A DNA stretch of 64,000 nucleotides from Pseudomonadota bacterium (lineage in GTDB: Bacteria; Pseudomonadota; Alphaproteobacteria; Caedimonadales; UBA1908): positions 25,471 through 89,470 of the forward strand of contig JAIUNT010000001.1 in assembly GCA_020161545.1 (NCBI GenBank), written 5' to 3'. The position numbers were made by a program, and so were the translations under genes. Within the stretch, counting starts at the first letter, position 1; each line of letters starts with the position of its first letter. The notes beneath the pieces were generated by a model. It did no database searches, was not told the DNA's origin, and worked only from the letters and a program-made list of their open reading frames with translations. This document shows, piece by piece, positions 54,542 to 63,625 of this stretch.

Positions 54542-55075
54542 ATGCAACAAACTCAAACCCTTCATCCAAAGGATCTTTACTCACTTCCAAAGGACGCTGT
54601 CATCCTTGACGTGCGCTCAAAGGAAGAGCACGCCGTGCAGCGCCTCACCCTGCCCCATATCCACATTCCCATGGAAAAGCTCTCCGCCAAGACGTTTCTT
54701 CAAGATAACAATGTCACCCACAAAACACCTCTCTATGTCGTTTGTGGAAGCGGCAAACGCGCACCAGTGGCGGCCCAGCTTTTGCGTGAGGGCGGCTTTG
54801 ACGCTGTGTTTGCCGTTGAAGGTGGCCTGCGGGCATGCGCGGACCGCGGTCAATCCATGGTTCACGAAAAGGCCCACTCCTCGAAAATTTCACTGGCTGG
54901 GCAAATGCGTGTGACCCTTGGCTTTTTCATTACCATTCTGTCGCTATTCTCCCTGGGGGGCGTCACGCAACTTCTGTGGGGTCTTTTGGCCATTGGCGTT
55001 GGATGTATGCTGTGTGACGCAACAGCCTACCGGGCGCTCACGCGCATTTGGGCTAAAGCCCCTTGGAATAAGTAG
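54542..55075 (+). CDS. rhodanese-domain protein with C-terminal membrane anchor (YgaP-like)
   Basis: The rhodanese active-site loop is YVVCGSGKRA. The C-terminal hydrophobic hairpin with CMLCD is as in DUF2892/YgaP. Confidence 0.8.
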   Translation: MQQTQTLHPKDLYSLPKDAVILDVRSKEEHAVQRLTLPHIHIPMEKLSAKTFLQDNNVTHKTPLYVVCGSGKRAPVAAQLLREGGFDAVFAVEGGLRACADRGQSMVHEKAHSSKISLAGQMRVTLGFFITILSLFSLGGVTQLLWGLLAIGVGCMLCDATAYRALTRIWAKAPWNK

Positions 55076-55083
55076 CGTTAGCA

Positions 55084-55857
55084 ATGCTCAACACAGAAAA
55101 TATTCTTTTTGGCGGGCTTGTGGGCGTTGCCTTGGGCCTAACGGGAAGCGGGGGATCCATTTTGGTGATCCCGTTCCTCGTCTATGGCCTTGGCCTTCCC
55201 CTCCACACGGCACTGGCTTTGTCCCTTTTGATTGTAGCAACGCTTTCCTTTGTGGGCGCCGTGCGTCAAGGTCTGTCTGGCGAGATTGCGTGGTCTCAGG
55301 CCTTAAGCTTTTCCATTTTTGGCATGGTGATTTCGCCCCTTGTGCTGCACCTCACCCGCCATGTGAGCCAGGAAATACACCTCACGCTCTTTGGCATTTT
55401 GATGCTTTTCATTGCGCTCAACATGACCTTTCCCTTTTTCAAAACCGCCCAGGGCCCATCCCTTGAAGGCTCAAAACCCAGCGCCACAAGTTTGGGGCTG
55501 GGTGGCGTAAGTGTAGGGGTTTTGTCCGGCTTTTTTGGTGTGGGCAGCGGCTTTTTGATTGTGCCCCTCCTCACCCTCATCTTTCGCATGCCTTACCGCT
55601 TGGCTGTGGGCACATCCCTGGTCGTTGTGGCCCTCGTATCCTTTTCGGGATTCATGGGCGCTGCCACCCTTGGGGGCCCCCTGCCCTGGCACATTGTGCG
55701 TGACTTTATCATGGGCGGAAGTGTGGGGATTCTCGTTGCCTCAACCCTTGTCTCCCGGGTCAGTGAAACCCTCTCCAGGCGTATCTTTGCAGTCCTCCTT
55801 CTTGTGATCGGCAGCTTTATGCTCTATGAGAATCTCACCCACGCAAGCAGAACCTGA
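55084..55857 (+). CDS. TauE/SafE (TSUP) family sulfite/anion exporter
   Basis: 257 aa multi-TM protein. The duplicated motifs GSGGSILVIPFL and GVGSGFLIVPLL are typical of the TSUP family. Confidence 0.85.
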   Translation: MLNTENILFGGLVGVALGLTGSGGSILVIPFLVYGLGLPLHTALALSLLIVATLSFVGAVRQGLSGEIAWSQALSFSIFGMVISPLVLHLTRHVSQEIHLTLFGILMLFIALNMTFPFFKTAQGPSLEGSKPSATSLGLGGVSVGVLSGFFGVGSGFLIVPLLTLIFRMPYRLAVGTSLVVVALVSFSGFMGAATLGGPLPWHIVRDFIMGGSVGILVASTLVSRVSETLSRRIFAVLLLVIGSFMLYENLTHASRT

Positions 55858-55919
55858 CCTTTGTCAGGAGTAAACAGGCGCCCGATCTTTGATGCGCCAG
55901 GCAGACCCATACAATTTTC

Positions 55920-56339
55920 ATGAGAAGTAAGATTTTGATTGATATCTCAAATTATACATCGTTTTTTCACGACGGTTCTATCATAGGTATTCAGCACAAG
56001 GGAGATATCATTAAGATCTCAATGGAAAGTGCTGAAATTGACAAAACGGATTTGTATGATGAAATCCAACTCTCAAAAGACAACACATTAAAGGGATTGC
56101 TTATCTTTAAAAAAATAGAACAAGCAGGATATGACAATGACATCAAAGGGTTATCTATGTTGGCAGATTGTGGATCAATTATCAGATTTACCAAAGCACA
56201 TAGAAAAGTAAGTCTTTTTATTGAGTGGATAAATTACCCTCCCAACGAAAACGTCAGCCTTTTCACGACACTGACTATCATCGCAAACGAAATTGTTTGG
56301 CAGACCGAACCAGAACTTTTTGATCCGTTCAGGAGATAA
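55920..56339 (+). CDS. hypothetical cytoplasmic protein, strongly A/T-rich orphan
   Basis: 139 aa ORF with no signal peptide and no recognised motif. Its composition is clearly lower in GC than its neighbours. Confidence 0.5.
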   Translation: MRSKILIDISNYTSFFHDGSIIGIQHKGDIIKISMESAEIDKTDLYDEIQLSKDNTLKGLLIFKKIEQAGYDNDIKGLSMLADCGSIIRFTKAHRKVSLFIEWINYPPNENVSLFTTLTIIANEIVWQTEPELFDPFRR

Positions 56340-56352
56340 GGCTCTGGTGTTA

Positions 56353-56449
56353 AAGCACTTTAATTTCAGGAGAAGTGCGGCAAGCAACATGTATAGATTT
56401 TACACCAGCTGCGAGTGACGCATTATCAAGTTATAAAGGTTCGGCTATA
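56353..56449. repeat. intergenic repeat family, copy C (left + right modules, central module absent)
   Basis: AAGCACTTTAATTTCAGGAGAAGTGCGGCAAGC aligns with the left end of copy A. Positions 56412-56449 match 6187-6224 at 35 of 38 positions. The repeat lies in a convergent gene gap. Confidence 0.6.
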
Positions 56450-56475
56450 AAAGCCAAAGAATGCCGCGTGCCAGT

Positions 56476-56910
56476 CTATCCCGCATTAAAAACAAGGAGA
56501 GAAAGCGTGCGTCCATCCTTCTCATAAGCAAACTCACATTGCTCACCTTGTGCGGTTTTTAAAGGAAGATCTGTGATTTTGTGCGCCTCTATGAAACTCT
56601 CAACTTTCATCCCTACGTCTGCCGCGTGCTGTGAAATCGCGGTAACTGGCCAAAAGTCATAAGATTTCCCTGACACAACAACGCGATTCGTACGCACGGC
56701 GTCAAGACTCAATCGCAGTTCACCTTTCACAGTTGCAGAATATATGTCTGGCGCTTGGGCCAAAACGTCAAGGGTAACCGTCAGTGATTTGCAATCACCA
56801 CGCTGGGGACGCAAACCGCTTGGTGCAGAAGAAGACGCACTCACGCCACTCGCCAGAGCTGCAGCACACAAAAATACACTCAATAAACGCACGCTTTTTT
56901 TGTTGAACAT
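56476..56910 (-). CDS. small secreted hypothetical protein
   Basis: 144 aa with signal peptide MFNKKSVRLLSVFLCAAALASGVSA. No family recognised. Confidence 0.6.
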   Translation of the reverse strand: MFNKKSVRLLSVFLCAAALASGVSASSSAPSGLRPQRGDCKSLTVTLDVLAQAPDIYSATVKGELRLSLDAVRTNRVVVSGKSYDFWPVTAISQHAADVGMKVESFIEAHKITDLPLKTAQGEQCEFAYEKDGRTLSLLVFNAG

Positions 56911-57118
56911 TTCTCTCTCCCGCCTGATGTTATTTTTTCATTTACATATATTGAATATTTTACTTACAAAAACATACTCCGTCCATCAAAATGTCCTCAT
57001 AGGCTCAAGGGCGCGGGTGACACCACTCTCTTAAGAAAAACGGCGCGTACCTTCTTGTCGACACAAAGCCCGCAAGCCGGTATAAGGTAGTGTAACCTTG
57101 TCATTTGGAGTGTGACCC

Positions 57119-58420
57119 ATGCGCGCGTCGCAGTATTTTTTGCCTACCCTTAAAGAAGCCCCCCAGGAGGCTCAAATCATCTCTCACCAGCTGATGCTGC
57201 GCGCGGGGCTTGTGGCCCAGGCGAGTGCGGGCATTTACAGCTGGCTTCCCTTGGGCAATCTTGTTCTGAACAACATTGCACGCATTATCCGGGAAGAGCA
57301 AAACCGCATTGGCGCCCACGAGGTGCTCTTGCCCACCATCCAGTCGGCTGATTTGTGGCGTGAAAGTGGCCGCTTTGACGCATACGGCGCTGAGATGCTG
57401 CGCATCAAGGACCGCCACGACCGTGACATGCTTTACACACCGACGGCGGAAGAGCTGATGACGGATCTGGCGCGCCGCTTCGTGCGCTCCTATAAAGAGC
57501 TGCCCCAGATCTGGTATCAAATCCAGTGGAAGTTCCGTGATGAGATCCGCCCACGCTTTGGTGTGATGCGCGGACGCGAGTTTTACATGAAGGATGCGTA
57601 CTCCTTTGATTTGGATGAGGCAAGCGCGCGCGCCTCTTACCATAAGATGATGGTGGCGTACCTGCGTACTTTTGCGCGCTTGGGGTTAACTGCTGTGCCC
57701 GTGCGCGCAGACACGGGCCCCATTGGTGGAGATTTGTCCCATGAATTCCACATTGTCGCCAAGACGGGCGAGAGCCTTCTTTATTACGACAAGGAACTCG
57801 ACCGTCTGATGCAGGATCCCTCCACCGTGGACGTGGAGCGCCTCATGTCCCTTTACGCCATGGAAGAAACCATGCACGACGCGAGCAACTGCCCCGTTCA
57901 GGCCGAAAACCTCAACCAGGCCCGCGGCATCGAGGTGGGGCACATCTTTTATTTTGGCACCAAGTATACCGAGGCTTTGGGCGCCACCATTATGGACGCC
58001 AGCGGCAAAAGCATTCATCCCCATATGGGCAGCTATGGTATCGGAGTGTCGCGTTTGGTGGGCGCCATCATTGAAGCCTCCCACGACGAGCGCGGCATCA
58101 TTTGGCCCGAAAGCGTTGCCCCCTTTAAGGTTGCCCTTGTGAACCTGAAGGTTGGAGACGTCGCCTGTGACACCATGTGCGCAGATCTTTATGCCCAGCT
58201 TGAAAAGACGGGTGTAAGTGTACTTTTGGACGACACAACCCAAAGCGTGGGCGCGAAACTGGCCACCATGGATCTCATTGGCCTGCCTTGGCAGGTGCGC
58301 GTAGGACCCAAAGGCCTTGCCCAAGGACTTTTGGAGGTGAAGAACCGACGCTCAGGCGAAACCCAAGAACTGTCTGCCGAGGCCGTCATCCAGATGCTGA
58401 CAGAAAGGCTAGGCGCTTAA
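57119..58420 (+). CDS. proS: proline--tRNA ligase (short type lacking the bacterial INS editing domain)
   Basis: 433 aa. The N-terminus is [29 protein letters not shown]. The class II motif 2 is [25 protein letters not shown], and the motif 3 region is [10 protein letters not shown]. Confidence 0.94.
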   Translation: MRASQYFLPTLKEAPQEAQIISHQLMLRAGLVAQASAGIYSWLPLGNLVLNNIARIIREEQNRIGAHEVLLPTIQSADLWRESGRFDAYGAEMLRIKDRHDRDMLYTPTAEELMTDLARRFVRSYKELPQIWYQIQWKFRDEIRPRFGVMRGREFYMKDAYSFDLDEASARASYHKMMVAYLRTFARLGLTAVPVRADTGPIGGDLSHEFHIVAKTGESLLYYDKELDRLMQDPSTVDVERLMSLYAMEETMHDASNCPVQAENLNQARGIEVGHIFYFGTKYTEALGATIMDASGKSIHPHMGSYGIGVSRLVGAIIEASHDERGIIWPESVAPFKVALVNLKVGDVACDTMCADLYAQLEKTGVSVLLDDTTQSVGAKLATMDLIGLPWQVRVGPKGLAQGLLEVKNRRSGETQELSAEAVIQMLTERLGA

Positions 58421-59667
58421 TGCTGACCTCCCGCTTTGAATGGATGGTGGCAACGCGCTACCTCAAGCCCAGCAAAAAAGAAGGCTTCATCTCCGTCATT
58501 GCGGGATTTTCTTTCCTTGGCATTACCTTAGGTGTGGCAGCCCTCATCATTGTCATGTCGGTCATGAGCGGCTTTCGTGAGAAGCTCCTTGATAACATTT
58601 TGGGTTTTCAGGGACATATTGGGATTTCAGCCCTGACGCCCCAGGGCCTGACTGACTATGACAAGGGCGCCGACCTTATCAAGGGTTTGCCCGGCATCAA
58701 AAGCGTGACGCCGCTTATTGATAAGCAGGCCATGATCACGGTCCAAAGCCAGGCCCAAGGCGCCCTCGTCCACGGCATTCGCCTGGAGGACTTAAAGGCC
58801 CGCAAGATCGTGTCTGATCACATTCGCTATGGTGACTTGAGTAAATTCTCCCAGCCCAACGCCCTGATTATGGGCGTACGCATGGCGGAAAAACTCCATG
58901 TCTTTCCCGGCGATCACGTAACCCTCATCGCGCCCGACGGCCAACAAACCGCCTTTGGCACCGTGCCACGCATGCGCCGCTTTGAGGTTGTGGCGCTGTT
59001 TGAGGTCGGCATGCATCAATATGATAGCTCAGTCCTGTTTATTCCCCTCAGCGCCGCCCAGGCTTTTTTCCGCCTACCTGACGCTGCCTCGGGTCTTGAG
59101 ATTTTCGTCAATAACCCGGACCAGGTGAGCCAGATTACCCATGACTTGAGGTCGCGCCTCCATAACGTGCGCATCCTTGATTGGCGCCAAGCCAATGACC
59201 AATTCGCCACCGCCCTTGAGGTGGAGCGCAACGTGATGTTTATCATCCTGACCCTCATCATTCTTGTGGCCGCCTTTAATATTATTTCGAGCCTTATCAT
59301 GCTCGTGAAAGAAAAGAGCCAAGATATCGCGATTTTGCGCACCATGGGCGCCTCTCGCGGCACCATCATGCGGATCTTCTTTATCTCGGGATCCCTCATT
59401 GGGGTCAGCGGCATTGTTGTGGGATGTACCCTTGGCCTTTCCTTTGCCTTGAATATCGAAACCATACGCCAGTGGATTCAGGCCCTCACCAAGACAAACC
59501 TTTTCAGCTCTGAAATCTATTTCCTGTCCCAGCTACCTGCAAAGGTTGACCTTGTGGAGGTGACCACCATTGTGTCCACAGCCCTTGTTCTGGTGTTCCT
59601 TGCGACTTGGTTGCCTGCACGGCGCGCCGCGCGCCTCAACCCTGTGGAGGCCCTTCGTTATGAATAA
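58420..59667 (+). CDS. lipoprotein-releasing ABC transporter permease LolC/LolE
   Basis: The start is ATG 58420, which overlaps the proS stop as TAATG. The N-terminus is [16 protein letters not shown]. FtsX/MacB-type motifs include LVKEKSQDIAILRTMGAS, and the C-terminus is [17 protein letters not shown]. Confidence 0.9.
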   Translation: MLTSRFEWMVATRYLKPSKKEGFISVIAGFSFLGITLGVAALIIVMSVMSGFREKLLDNILGFQGHIGISALTPQGLTDYDKGADLIKGLPGIKSVTPLIDKQAMITVQSQAQGALVHGIRLEDLKARKIVSDHIRYGDLSKFSQPNALIMGVRMAEKLHVFPGDHVTLIAPDGQQTAFGTVPRMRRFEVVALFEVGMHQYDSSVLFIPLSAAQAFFRLPDAASGLEIFVNNPDQVSQITHDLRSRLHNVRILDWRQANDQFATALEVERNVMFIILTLIILVAAFNIISSLIMLVKEKSQDIAILRTMGASRGTIMRIFFISGSLIGVSGIVVGCTLGLSFALNIETIRQWIQALTKTNLFSSEIYFLSQLPAKVDLVEVTTIVSTALVLVFLATWLPARRAARLNPVEALRYE

Positions 59668-60358
59668 TCCAAAAACTTTGCGCCTCACGGGCCTCACCAA
59701 GTCCTTTGAACAAGGCGGACATACCTTAGAGATCCTCAAAGGCATTTCCCTGGAGGTTGCCCCCGGCGAGGTGGTGGCCCTCACGGGATCCAGCGGCGCC
59801 GGCAAATCAACGCTTCTTCAGATTGCAGGGCTCCTCGACGTGCCCACAGGGGGCGAGATTTATATAGGTGGCGAGGTGGCCCACGCCCTTGATGACGCGG
59901 GGCGCACGCGCCTGCGCCTTGAGAAACTTGGCTTTATCTATCAGTTCCATCATCTCTTGCCCGAGTTCACCGCCCTTGAAAACGTCATGCTGCCCCTCAT
60001 GATTGCAGGAGAAGCGCACTCCAAGGCAAGCAAGCGCGCCATGGAGCTTTTGGAGACACTGGGTCTTGGACCACGCGCGTCTCACCGCCCGTCTCAGCTA
60101 TCGGGGGGAGAGCAACAACGTGTGGCCATCCTGCGCGCCGTTGCCGCACGCCCCGCCCTTCTTTTGGCCGATGAGCCCACGGGAAATCTAGATGAGGCCA
60201 CGGCGAGCGTTGTGTTTACGGAGCTCATGACCCTGGCCAAGTCCTTTGGCATGGGAGCCCTCATTGCCACACACAGCCTGAGCCTTGCCCGGCAAATGGA
60301 CCGCACCCTTCATCTGCACGCGGGCCTTTTACAAGAAGCGCCCCCCGCTTCCCCATGA
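59660..60358 (+). CDS. lolD: lipoprotein-releasing ABC transporter ATP-binding protein LolD
   Basis: Walker A is GSSGAGKST. The signature is [11 protein letters not shown]. Walker B is [12 protein letters not shown]. The start ATG 59660 overlaps the lolC/E stop by 8 nt. Confidence 0.92.
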   Translation: MNNPKTLRLTGLTKSFEQGGHTLEILKGISLEVAPGEVVALTGSSGAGKSTLLQIAGLLDVPTGGEIYIGGEVAHALDDAGRTRLRLEKLGFIYQFHHLLPEFTALENVMLPLMIAGEAHSKASKRAMELLETLGLGPRASHRPSQLSGGEQQRVAILRAVAARPALLLADEPTGNLDEATASVVFTELMTLAKSFGMGALIATHSLSLARQMDRTLHLHAGLLQEAPPASP

Positions 60359-61422
60359 CCCACACAGCGCCTTGCCCCATATACGGCGCGTGCGGAGGAT
60401 GCACCCTCCAGCACCTGGACTGGGACGCTTACCATGCCCACAAAACGGCGCACCTTGTGGCTCCCTTAGAGGCTGCCGGAATTCCCCTGGAAACCATGGC
60501 GCCCCTCCATATCCTTAAAGGCCCCTTGCGCAGACGGGCGGTTCTTAAGGCCACACGCGTGGGACGCGACGTACACATCGGATTCTACGCCCCCAAAAGC
60601 CACCAGGTTGTGGACATGCCCACATGCCTTGTGCTGCGCCCCTCACTGGTTGCGCTCCTCGCGCCCTTACGGCAGCTTCTTACGCCCTTTTTGCGTCCCA
60701 AGAAACAAATGCACATTGCGCTCCTGGATACAGATCAAGGCGTTGACGTGGCGTTTGTGGACAAGGACTTGCCGCCCTTGACCCTAGACGACCGGGAGCG
60801 CCTCACGGCTTTTGCCCATGCCCAGAACCTGGCACGCCTGCGTTGGGGTGAGGATCCCCTTCTTGTACAACGCGTGCCACATCTCAATTTTGCAGGGGTG
60901 CGCGTGGCCGCTGACGCCCTTGCCTTTGCCCAGGCAAGCGATGAAGCCGACGCTTTTCTCACCCAAACGGTGCTTGACCATGTGCTTGAGGGCACCCAAA
61001 CGGCCCTTGATCTTTTTTGTGGCCGGGGTCTTTTTACCTTCGCCCTTCTTCAAAAAGTCAAAAAGGTCAAAGCCTGCGACAGTGACGTGCACGCCGTCGG
61101 TGCCTTGAAAGTGGCCGCACGCCCCTTTTTGACGCGGGTTACCCCCACCGTCCAAGATCTATTTCGCGCACCCATTCAAGCGCGCGACATGAACGTGGAT
61201 CTGGTGCTCCTTGACCCACCACGCGCAGGTGCGCCGGCTCAGGTAAAAGAAATCGCCAAAGCCCTCCCCAAGCGCGTCATCTACATCTCTTGCAACCCGG
61301 TAAGTTTTTCCAAGGACGCAGGCCACCTCTTGCGTGCGGGATACAGCGTGCGCTTTCTCCAAGGACTTGATCAGTTCTTATGGTCAAACCACCTGGAGCT
61401 TATTGCCGTTTTTGACGTATAG
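60355..61422 (+). CDS. class I SAM-dependent RNA (uracil-5) methyltransferase, RlmD/TrmA-like
   Basis: The N-terminal Cys cluster is CPIYGACGGCTLQH. The SAM-MTase motifs are LDLFCGRGLF and LDPPRAG. The start overlaps the lolD stop as ATGA. Confidence 0.8.
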   Translation: MTHTAPCPIYGACGGCTLQHLDWDAYHAHKTAHLVAPLEAAGIPLETMAPLHILKGPLRRRAVLKATRVGRDVHIGFYAPKSHQVVDMPTCLVLRPSLVALLAPLRQLLTPFLRPKKQMHIALLDTDQGVDVAFVDKDLPPLTLDDRERLTAFAHAQNLARLRWGEDPLLVQRVPHLNFAGVRVAADALAFAQASDEADAFLTQTVLDHVLEGTQTALDLFCGRGLFTFALLQKVKKVKACDSDVHAVGALKVAARPFLTRVTPTVQDLFRAPIQARDMNVDLVLLDPPRAGAPAQVKEIAKALPKRVIYISCNPVSFSKDAGHLLRAGYSVRFLQGLDQFLWSNHLELIAVFDV

Positions 61423-61463
61423 CCAACCCCTTATAAAGGCATTTCACGATCCTATAGGGAGCC

Positions 61464-62525
61464 TTACGGCCCTTTATTGTTGTCTTCGTGCGTCAGCGCC
61501 CTTGAAGCCTTTTCCCTGATCTGACTCATAAGAGACGCGCGACGGCCGCTCACATGGGCCTCAAGGGCGGCGATTTGCTGTGCGCCCACACCTGAATCAA
61601 GGTCGTGGATGGCCGAGGTTCCAAGATTTAAAAAACGCAGACTCCTATTTTGCAAAATAGCCTCATAAAGATGCGTGAATTCCTGCTGCATAAAATAGTT
61701 TGATATGCCCCGGGGTGCCTCGGGAAAGGCTGTGTCTCGGTCCGTGAGCGTTCTAAACCCAAAGCATCCAGTCCCCATAACAATGCGATTGAACCCAGAG
61801 ATTTCAAGAGCCTTAAGGGTTTTTGATTCCTTGATGTATTGCGCAAAAATTCGAGACACGGGCGTGGCAAAAGTGGAGACTCTGTCAAAGAAAATGCGTC
61901 CACTCAGAGTGAGTACCTCAAGGTCTGGAAATGATGCCACCCGCTCCACATGAGATGAACCAAAAGTCTTTGGTGACTCCCAAACAAGGTGAAGCTGTTT
62001 CACGCCAGGTAGTTTTGCTAGCGCTTTAAGCGGCCCGGTCCCATAAAATGTCATCTCACTCACCGGTTTTTTTTGAATGGCTGCTAGAAAATCTTTGTTT
62101 TCAAGGAGCGGACCCCATAAAAAGTCTGGCAAGCCAAGAGCACGTAAGCCCGTGCGTTTTCCCTCACACGCGAGGTGGCGTGTAAGGGTCTTCAAGAGCC
62201 TTGGATCTCTGCGCGCATCCATTGAAAAATTATTTTCATCTGTGCAAAAACGCTCAAGGGGAGCGTCTTCATCCAACGCTTCAAAAAGAGCATCCAGAGA
62301 TTCAGCATGGGCTGCATTGGGTTTTTGCTTCCCAAGCTCGTCGCAGAACCTCTCGTATGCTTCAGAGTCAGCTAATGTGAGGCCAAAGCAAAATCCTCCC
62401 GTTGAAGAAGGAGGGCGATTTGTGTGGGGCTGATCGAGCTCGTCCTGTACCTTGCTCGAGCAAAAGGCCTGAGCGTTGAGGGTGAGGACAAGAACGAGTG
62501 ACGCACAAAAAATGTTATTTCTCAT
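61464..62525 (-). CDS. secreted hypothetical protein, paralog family 2 (dispersed copy d), RNI-like LRR C-terminus
   Basis: Signal peptide MRNNIFCASLVLVLTLNAQA. The core LRALGLPDFLWGPLLENKDFLAAIQK is collinear with LGLDI..F..LLQ..DF.EAF of copies a-c. LRR-like units include VKQLHLVW, LEVLTLSG, LKALEISG and NRSLRFLNLG. Confidence 0.7.
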   Translation of the reverse strand: MRNNIFCASLVLVLTLNAQAFCSSKVQDELDQPHTNRPPSSTGGFCFGLTLADSEAYERFCDELGKQKPNAAHAESLDALFEALDEDAPLERFCTDENNFSMDARRDPRLLKTLTRHLACEGKRTGLRALGLPDFLWGPLLENKDFLAAIQKKPVSEMTFYGTGPLKALAKLPGVKQLHLVWESPKTFGSSHVERVASFPDLEVLTLSGRIFFDRVSTFATPVSRIFAQYIKESKTLKALEISGFNRIVMGTGCFGFRTLTDRDTAFPEAPRGISNYFMQQEFTHLYEAILQNRSLRFLNLGTSAIHDLDSGVGAQQIAALEAHVSGRRASLMSQIREKASRALTHEDNNKGP

Positions 62526-62618
62526 ATAATTCTCCCTTTTTATTATACGTTTTTATAGAAATAAAACGCAAGAAACACAACATGCAGATATATCTGTGCC
62601 TTAAGGTGACGGCACCTT

Positions 62619-63494
62619 CTAGCTACCTGCAATGTACTGGTTCCATAGGCATACCGCCAGGTAAGAGCGATAGGGCGTGAGGTGCGCCACGTTAATCTCG
62701 GGGTGTTTTGCGAGCTCTTTTTTGAGCCCCAGGTCAGACCCTGGAAAGGAATCTTTGTCCCCCAGAGCACGCAGGGAAATATACGCAGCCGACCATGGCC
62801 CAATGCCTGGGATACTCAAGAGTTGGCTGTTAAGCGCGCGCATGTCTTTATCCCCCAAATCCAGCTGTTTATTTTGGATAAGCGCGGCAAGAATACCAAT
62901 TGTCTTCTTACGCATGGCCGTTGTGCCAAGGGCGGACAAGTCTGTTTGGGCAAGAGTGCCGGGGCTAGGAAAAAGTGACAGCGGCGCACCTGTAAGGGGA
63001 TGGGCGGCTTTCTCACCACACATATCAAGGAGCTGCGCCACAAGTGCATTTGCGCGTTTCACGGAAACGAGCTGCCCAAGCACCGTATTGATGGTCACCT
63101 CGAAGGGGTCCCAACCACTGGCAAGGCGCGCTCCAGGTCTGGCTTTCCACAAAGGATACACGGCAGGAAATGCCTTGAAAAAAGCTTCTAAGGTCGCCAT
63201 ATCGGCGCCCAGGTCAAACATGCGCCGAATTTTCTGCTCCACAATCTCAACGTCCTTTTGATCCTGGACAAAAATATGAGCTCCCAGGGCACACGCGCCA
63301 GCATTGTGGGTGACGCGCACACATCCGAGCCTTCCCTCAAGACGAAAAACCCGTTCATAGGCTTGATCCGTCACGACCTCCAAGCCAGCCATCTCGTGCA
63401 GGCGAAAAACACGCAAGGTCCCCTCCCAATCAAAGGGTGGATGGTATGGCAGCTCAAGGGTCACGTCATTGAAATGAGCAGGGTGTGCGGTCAT
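62619..63494 (-). CDS. alkA: DNA-3-methyladenine glycosylase II (AlkA-like, HhH-GPD)
   Basis: 291 aa. The HhH-GPD element is LLSIPGIGPWSAAYISLRALGDKDSFPGSDLGLKK. An AlkA N-terminal domain-like region is present (LELPYHPPFDWEG). Confidence 0.85.
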   Translation of the reverse strand: MTAHPAHFNDVTLELPYHPPFDWEGTLRVFRLHEMAGLEVVTDQAYERVFRLEGRLGCVRVTHNAGACALGAHIFVQDQKDVEIVEQKIRRMFDLGADMATLEAFFKAFPAVYPLWKARPGARLASGWDPFEVTINTVLGQLVSVKRANALVAQLLDMCGEKAAHPLTGAPLSLFPSPGTLAQTDLSALGTTAMRKKTIGILAALIQNKQLDLGDKDMRALNSQLLSIPGIGPWSAAYISLRALGDKDSFPGSDLGLKKELAKHPEINVAHLTPYRSYLAVCLWNQYIAGS

Positions 63495-63625
63495 AACAGT
63501 CTACATAGGAGATCTTTTGAAATATAACACGGCGAGAGAAGCCAAAATAGCATGCTTCCATCACACACACTTTGTGCTAGAAAGCCTTAGGTAGTATCCC
63601 ACAAGCACGCCCTTACGAAACTCCC

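Noticed and set aside
62585-62618. The palindrome CAGATATATCTG (62585-62596) and the hairpin AAGGTG-ACGG-CACCTT (62603-62618) between alkA and family-2 copy d.
   Set aside because: It could be an alkA terminator and/or an operator. The stems are only 6 bp, there is no U-tract, and there is no second occurrence in the window. The evidence is insufficient for a call.
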